This document shows positions 26,880-32,000 of a DNA stretch of 32,000 nt, one piece after another. The notes beneath the pieces were generated by a model, which was not told the DNA's origin, did not search any database, and was given only the letters and a program-made list of their open reading frames with translations. Origin of the DNA: an uncultured candidatus Brocadiaceae bacterium (GTDB taxonomy: Bacteria; Planctomycetota; Brocadiia; Brocadiales; Brocadiaceae); NCBI GenBank assembly GCA_964589115.1, contig CAZPUD010000003.1, forward strand, positions 3,272 through 35,271, written 5' to 3'. Both the position numbers and the translations under genes were made by a program. The first letter of the stretch is position 1; each line of letters begins with the position of its first letter.

Positions 26880-28217
26880 CTACAACCTGATTATTTCCGA
26901 AGTTTCAGAGAAATTTTTTATTGTATATTCAAGCCTTTTCAGCGTCTTCTCTTTCCCTAAAAGTTCCATTGTCTCAAAAATACCTGCACTTACACTCTTT
27001 CCTGTAATAGCTACTCTCAAGGGTTGAGCAAGCTTGGAGAAACCTACACCCATCTTTCCTGTTAACATTCGCAGACGATCTTCCAGGTGTGACTTATCAA
27101 AACTATCTTGTGGAGAAAGGGCAGAATGTACTTCTTTTAGTAACTCTATAACTCCCTCTTTCTTAATAAATTTGTTGACAGCGGCGGGGTCGTATTCTAT
27201 GGTATCGGTAAAAAAGAACATAGTCTGGTTTACTAAGTCTTGAAAAGTCTTGAAACGTTCGTGGTATAATTTCACTAAATTGGTTAGCCATTCTGTTGAG
27301 ATTTTTGATGTATCAATACCCGATTTTTCAAAAAAAGTCTTAACATCGGGTGCCAGACGTTCGACGGGTGTATTTTTTATATACTGACCGTTCATCCAAT
27401 CCAGTTTTACATTATTAAATTGTGCACTGGTCTTATTTACCCGTTTCAGAGTAAATTTCTCAATCATTTCCCGGATCGACATAATCTCCTGATCGTTTCC
27501 GGGTGACCATCCAAGAAGTGCAAGAAAATTTATTAATGCCTGTGGTAAATAACCTCTTTCCCGGTATTCAGTGACAGAAGTTGCTCCATGACGTTTACTT
27601 AATCTTGTGCCGTCCTCTCCAAGGATCATGGGAATATGAGCAAACTCCGGGGTTTCAAACCCAAAAGCGTTATAAAGGGCCACTTGCTTTGGGGTATTTG
27701 AAATATGATCATCCCCTCTTATGATATGGGTGATCCCCATTTCTGCATCATCAATTATACAGGCAAAGTTGTAGGTTGGAAAACCGTCAGCCTTAAGTAT
27801 GATGAAATCTTCAATAAGGGAAGTATCAAAGGTAATAGTGCCGTGGATGAGGTCGTTAATTTCCGTTACGCCGTCCAGCATCCTGAACCTGATAGCCCTG
27901 CGACCTTCTGCATCGGTATCGTAAAAAGCCTCCCCCTGGTTTACTAACGTTTCTGCATATCGTTTGTAAGTTGATAAACGCTGGCTTTGGAAGTGCGGGC
28001 CTTCATCCCAATCCAATCCGAGCCATTTCAAGCTGTCGAGAATGGCCTGGGTTGCTTCTTCGGTGGAGCGCTGCCGGTCGGTGTCTTCTATGCGAAGGAG
28101 AAAAACTCCATTGTTGTGCCTTGCAAATAACCAGTTGTAAAGGGCTGTCCTTGCACCTCCGATATGGAGATAGCCTGTTGGACTAGGTGCAAAACGAACC
28201 CTGACATTTGAACTCAA
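26880..28217 (-). CDS. gltX: Glutamate--tRNA ligase
   Basis: Contains RFAPSPTGYLHIGGARTALYNW (HIGH motif) and LSKRHG (KMSKS variant). It has a TTG start, and 445 aa is on the short side. Confidence 0.9.
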   Translation of the reverse strand: MSSNVRVRFAPSPTGYLHIGGARTALYNWLFARHNNGVFLLRIEDTDRQRSTEEATQAILDSLKWLGLDWDEGPHFQSQRLSTYKRYAETLVNQGEAFYDTDAEGRRAIRFRMLDGVTEINDLIHGTITFDTSLIEDFIILKADGFPTYNFACIIDDAEMGITHIIRGDDHISNTPKQVALYNAFGFETPEFAHIPMILGEDGTRLSKRHGATSVTEYRERGYLPQALINFLALLGWSPGNDQEIMSIREMIEKFTLKRVNKTSAQFNNVKLDWMNGQYIKNTPVERLAPDVKTFFEKSGIDTSKISTEWLTNLVKLYHERFKTFQDLVNQTMFFFTDTIEYDPAAVNKFIKKEGVIELLKEVHSALSPQDSFDKSHLEDRLRMLTGKMGVGFSKLAQPLRVAITGKSVSAGIFETMELLGKEKTLKRLEYTIKNFSETSEIIRL

Positions 28218-28416
28218 GCCTTTGTCCTTTCTGTAAATCTATCGTAAGTTTGTTTCGTTTATGGAATAACTAAAGCTGCTGGGAGATTGTATTAACGATA
28301 AATATATTAACGAATATAGAATAAATGTGTCAAGCCTTTTATTAGCTAATCCCGTTCCATGTTTTGGCGCTGTTTATGCCCTGTTTGTCTAATTATTCAT
28401 TGCTTTGTGACAGTTA

Positions 28417-28543
28417 AGTTCACCGCAGAGAACGCCGAGGGCGCAGAGGTTACTAGGCGCAGAGGTTACCAAGAGATAAAAACGGTAAAATTATACAAAA
28501 GCCCCAATTTTATTTATTTTCTCTGCGTCCTCTGCGGTGAACT
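28417..28543. repeat. Inverted repeat (AGTTCACCGCAGAG...CTCTGCGGTGAACT) with an internal 17-nt tandem
   Basis: Arms are 28417-28439 and 28521-28543. gcgcagaggttac occurs twice, at 28441-28453 and 28458-28470. It lies in the divergent gltX / PfkB-kinase intergenic region. Confidence 0.65.
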
Positions 28544-28637
28544 ATTACGTTGCTTTTTACCTTGTGAGAAAGTAAAATTCACCACTTTATATGCGATTTA
28601 TCTTTGCGACTGTGCTGAATTCTAATAAGGAGATAAA

Positions 28638-29591
28638 ATGAACATACTTGTTTCTGGTTCTTTGGCTTATGACAGGATTATGGACTTCCCAGGAAGGTTT
28701 TCCGATCATATACTTCCGGATAAGATACATGTGCTGAACGTGTGTTTTATGATAAATGGTATAAAAGAGAATTTTGGAGGTACGGCGGGCAATATTGCCT
28801 ATGCACTTTCCCTGCTTGGGGAATACCCCACGGTCATAGCTACTGCCGGACATGATTTTGAGCCTTATAGAAATTGGCTGGCAAAAAATAAGATTCCTAC
28901 AAAACATATTAAGATCATTGAGGATGAATTGACTGCGGGCGCATACATTACTACCGACAAGTCTGACAACCAGATAACAGCATTTAATCCAGGTGCAATG
29001 AAGTGCAGTTCTGATTTTGACTTCGGTTCCGTTGAGCGTGAGAAAACCCTTGCTATTGTCGCACCGGGAAATTTGGATGACATGGTTAATTTTACTAATA
29101 TCTATAAAAAGAAAAGGATTGATTATATTTTTGATCCGGGACAGTCACTTCCCGCATGGACTGGTGATCTTTTGACAGAGATGATACATGGCTCAAAAAT
29201 ATTTGTATGCAATGATTACGAGCTGCAGTTGACGCAGGACAAAACATCCATGATGGTAAGTGATATTCTGAAGAGGGTGGAAATGCTTATCGTAACAAAA
29301 GGGGAGTTTGGTTCTGAAATTATGATAAGGGAAAATAACGCAATAAAAACGTTTCATGTCCCCGCTGCAAAGGCTGATCCGGTATGTGACCCTACCGGTG
29401 CCGGAGATGCGTACCGGGCCGGATTGATCAAGGGGCTGATTTTATCAAAGAAAGACGTTATCCATGCGGCAAAGATAGGTGCTGTTTGCGCTACCTATTG
29501 TGTTGAGGTATACGGGTCACAGAATTATCATTTTACCCGTGATGCGTTTAACAAACGGTTTGAGACTATTTTTGGTGAGAAGGCTTTTTGA
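28638..29591 (+). CDS. PfkB-family carbohydrate/nucleoside kinase
   Basis: 317 aa with an N-terminal GG motif (ENFGGTAGNIAYAL) and a C-terminal DPTGAGDAYRAG motif. A GGAG RBS precedes the ATG. Confidence 0.8.
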   Translation: MNILVSGSLAYDRIMDFPGRFSDHILPDKIHVLNVCFMINGIKENFGGTAGNIAYALSLLGEYPTVIATAGHDFEPYRNWLAKNKIPTKHIKIIEDELTAGAYITTDKSDNQITAFNPGAMKCSSDFDFGSVEREKTLAIVAPGNLDDMVNFTNIYKKKRIDYIFDPGQSLPAWTGDLLTEMIHGSKIFVCNDYELQLTQDKTSMMVSDILKRVEMLIVTKGEFGSEIMIRENNAIKTFHVPAAKADPVCDPTGAGDAYRAGLIKGLILSKKDVIHAAKIGAVCATYCVEVYGSQNYHFTRDAFNKRFETIFGEKAF

Positions 29592-29649
29592 AATCATAAA
29601 AGTATTTACTTTTGCCGGAATTTTTTGATAATCTTAGCTAAAAACGATT

Positions 29650-30747
29650 ATGAAAAATATTGATGCGATGATTCAAACGTTCTGTCAAGCCCTGGACTGC
29701 GCGGGCAAAGGGATTATGATCCAGGATAGTAACCGGAAGGTGCTGTTTTTTAACCGGGCATGTGAGGAGATTACAAAATGGCCAAGGGAGAGGATTATCG
29801 GTAAAGACTGTGGTGAGGTCTTTCAGTGCCATACTTCTACCGGCATGTGTTTGACGGAGAAATTCTGTCCCGGTATGGACGTATTCCATGGTAAATTCTC
29901 CAAGGGATCAAGAGAGCTATTTATCAAACGGGGAGATGGAAGTGAAACCTGGGTAGAAGCAAGTGTATCGGCTATCAAAGATGCAGAAGGGAAGGTAACC
30001 CATATTATTTCTATTTTAGAGAATATAACGGAAAGAAAAAGGTTGTCAGATGAGATCCTTAAGACCAAGACCTTATCTACATTAGGTGCATTTGCAGCAG
30101 AATTGGCACATGAGATTAAAAATCCATTGAATGCCATGAATCTACAGATGTTGTTATTGGAACGTGAGATACAGAAAATGCATAAAATAAGCGGCAAATC
30201 AAAAGAAGAATTGCTTGAGATTGCTTCAATAGTCCGTAACGAACTGAATCGTTTGAGTGAATTTGTAGGGGAATGTCTGCATTTTTCAAGGACCGGGGAG
30301 CTTAACAAAAGCCGTGTTGACATAAGGGAAATACTGGAGGAGATTATTTCGCTGATTATGCCGCAAGCGCAGTTAAATGGTATTGAGATAGAATTAGATG
30401 TGGTATCTGAACTGCCAAAAATAAGCGTAGACAAAGACAAGATAAAGCAGGCTATTTTAAATATTTTTATTAACGGTGTTGAGGCAATGCCTGATGGAGG
30501 GAGATTGCTGGTCAGTGCAAAACAGAACGGGCATGAAATACTCATTTCCTGTCAGGATACAGGGGTCGGAATTCCGGATGAGATCAGGGATAAGATATTC
30601 AATTTATTTTATACTACCAAAGACGGAGGCACTGGAATAGGGCTTTCTTTTGCCCAAAATATTATCAATGCCCATGGGGGCACAATAAGGCTGGAGCCGT
30701 CATCCCGGGGGACAAGATTTACCGTTGCAATACCGTTAAACCAATAA
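29650..30747 (+). CDS. Cytoplasmic PAS-domain sensor histidine kinase (NtrB-like)
   Basis: A PAS region with four clustered Cys, an H-box (ELAHEIKNPLNAM), an N-box (NIFINGVEAM) and G-boxes (DTGVGIP, GTGIGLSF). It has no hydrophobic segments. Confidence 0.85.
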   Translation: MKNIDAMIQTFCQALDCAGKGIMIQDSNRKVLFFNRACEEITKWPRERIIGKDCGEVFQCHTSTGMCLTEKFCPGMDVFHGKFSKGSRELFIKRGDGSETWVEASVSAIKDAEGKVTHIISILENITERKRLSDEILKTKTLSTLGAFAAELAHEIKNPLNAMNLQMLLLEREIQKMHKISGKSKEELLEIASIVRNELNRLSEFVGECLHFSRTGELNKSRVDIREILEEIISLIMPQAQLNGIEIELDVVSELPKISVDKDKIKQAILNIFINGVEAMPDGGRLLVSAKQNGHEILISCQDTGVGIPDEIRDKIFNLFYTTKDGGTGIGLSFAQNIINAHGGTIRLEPSSRGTRFTVAIPLNQ

Positions 30748-30902
30748 TTAACGTGATGCAAGTTTACCTGTATGGTTAAATATTTGATTTATAAGCATAG
30801 AAAAAATAAATGTCTAAGTTGTATCCTTCACGTGATGTGGAATATATGTTGTATAAATTGAATTTCCTTAAATTAAAAAATATTTCTGGAGGACTAACGA
30901 AC

Positions 30903-31511
30903 ATGCCGTCTATAGAAGAAAGACTTGACACGCTGGAGAGTATCCTCGGGCAGTTTATTGTCCATACGGATATTGCCTTAAGAAGATTGGAAAATGAGAT
31001 GAAGGAATTTAAAAATGAGATGAGGGCGTTTAAGGACGAGATGAAGGCGTTTAAGGACGAGACAAGGGAGGAAAGCAAGAATAGAAACAGGGAATGGAGT
31101 AATCTTGCAAAAAAGATGGGGACACTTGTGGAAGATCTGATTGCCCCTGCATTGAGACCTGTCTTAAGCAAATATTTCAACTGCGATGTGACCATGGAAG
31201 GGCAGAGGATGTTCAGGAGGAAAAATGGAGAGGATTACGAGATAGATGCCATAGCAGTGTGTGGCGATAAGATATTTATTGTAGAAGTCAGATCAACCCC
31301 GAGGGTCAATTATGTAGATGGAATAACAGAGAAGAAAAAGAGATTTTTTGAATTCTTTCCTGAATATGGGGGCAAGGAATTATTAGCCATTTATGGAAGT
31401 ATCACTTTTGAAGAAAATGTAATTCGGTATGCCTCTAAAAATAAGGTATATGTAATGGGCTGGAGAGAATGGGAATCTATGGACATATTGAATTTTGATG
31501 AAATCAGCTAA
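30903..31511 (+). CDS. Coiled-coil (DUF3782-like heptad repeats) + putative PD-(D/E)xK-fold protein
   Basis: I prefer the ATG at 30903, with GGAGG 10 nt upstream at 30888-30892. The track ORF starts at 30810. It contains the EMKEFKN/EMRAFKD/EMKAFKD repeats and then E144-I-D146...V-E159-V-R161 (31239-31292), which is reminiscent of restriction-endonuclease-like folds. Confidence 0.6.
   Translation: MPSIEERLDTLESILGQFIVHTDIALRRLENEMKEFKNEMRAFKDEMKAFKDETREESKNRNREWSNLAKKMGTLVEDLIAPALRPVLSKYFNCDVTMEGQRMFRRKNGEDYEIDAIAVCGDKIFIVEVRSTPRVNYVDGITEKKKRFFEFFPEYGGKELLAIYGSITFEENVIRYASKNKVYVMGWREWESMDILNFDEIS
30996..31079 (+). repeat. 21-bp in-frame tandem repeat (3 good units + 1 degenerate)
   Basis: Units are gagatgaaggaatttaaaaat, gagatgagggcgtttaaggac, gagatgaaggcgtttaaggac and gagacaagggaggaaagcaag. 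Confidence 0.85.
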
Positions 31512-31517
31512 AGCAAT

Positions 31518-32000
31518 ATGACAAAACCAAGATTGTTACTCGTTGATGATGATAAAAATGCACTTGATGGACTAGTAAAGATATTGGCAAGTGACGGATA
31601 TGCTGTTTCCGGTGTGTTGTCCGGTTATGAAGCATTGAATCTCTTATCGAAGAAAAAATTTGATATTATCATAACAGACATGAAACTGCCGGGGATGGGG
31701 GGACTTAATCTGATCCATGAAGTGAAAAAAAAGGATGAATCCCTGGCAATCGTATTGATCACGGCTTACAGTTCTATTAAAACAGCCGTTGATGCCATTA
31801 AATGTGGAGCGGATGATTATTTGACAAAACCTGTAAATATTGAGGAATTGGAACTGGTACTGGAGAAGTTATGGGAGAAGCAACAGTTGATTGCCCAAAA
31901 TCAGTTGTTGAAAGAGAAGTTGAAAGATAAATATAAGTTCTCAGAACTTGTCGGTGGTACCCCGCAGATGCATCGCATATTTAAAATGATAGAGGATGTA
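31518..32000 (+). CDS. Sigma54-dependent response regulator (NtrC family), 5' partial, runs off the right edge
   Basis: My own translation is MTKPRLLLVDDDKNALDGL...IIITD54MKLPG...YLTK104P, a REC domain. A linker follows, then ELVGGTPQMHRIFKMIEDV, the start of the sigma54-interaction AAA+ domain. The frame is open to 32000. The ORF track does not list it because it has no stop. Confidence 0.85.
   Translation, partial: MTKPRLLLVDDDKNALDGLVKILASDGYAVSGVLSGYEALNLLSKKKFDIIITDMKLPGMGGLNLIHEVKKKDESLAIVLITAYSSIKTAVDAIKCGADDYLTKPVNIEELELVLEKLWEKQQLIAQNQLLKEKLKDKYKFSELVGGTPQMHRIFKMIEDV

Noticed and set aside
28359-28907. ORFs 28359-28625 (+) and 28587-28907 (-)
   Set aside because: The first is a read-through of the AGTTCACCGCAGAG inverted repeat (FTAENAEGAEV...). 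The second is antisense to the 5' end of the well-supported PfkB kinase gene.

Overview
The window holds two housekeeping blocks from a roughly 40-45% GC diderm bacterium, plus an AT-rich accessory segment at about 1.9-13.7 kb. lpxD implies the diderm envelope; the taxon cannot be determined from the sequence alone.

Housekeeping block (13.9-32 kb): glmS, lpxD, the lipid operon rpmF-plsX-fabH-fabD-acpP-fabF (no fabG), alaS, recA, thpR, gltX and a PfkB-family kinase. It ends with a PAS histidine kinase and a sigma54-type response regulator, separated by an inserted coiled-coil/nuclease-like gene.

Accessory segment:
- a decayed GAF-PAS-PAS-GGDEF(-EAL) gene;
- a hicBA pair with a frameshifted toxin;
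- three orphan DUF433 genes;
- a roughly 590-bp nested foldback repeat;
- HEPN-like and MNT genes, both truncated by copies of one 118-bp MITE;
- between those two MITE copies, a co-oriented three-gene island: a 1360-aa single-chain type IIG restriction-modification enzyme, a 339-aa classical AAA+ ATPase and an 806-aa signal-peptide-less subtilase (S8).

The tightly coupled ATPase-protease pair resembles the IetAS-type defence pair. It has large regions with no motif I recognise, and it is my best candidate for the system of interest. Several families of short hairpin repeats fill the intergenic regions. All calls rest on motif reading of the supplied ORF translations and manual inspection of the DNA. 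No database search was possible.
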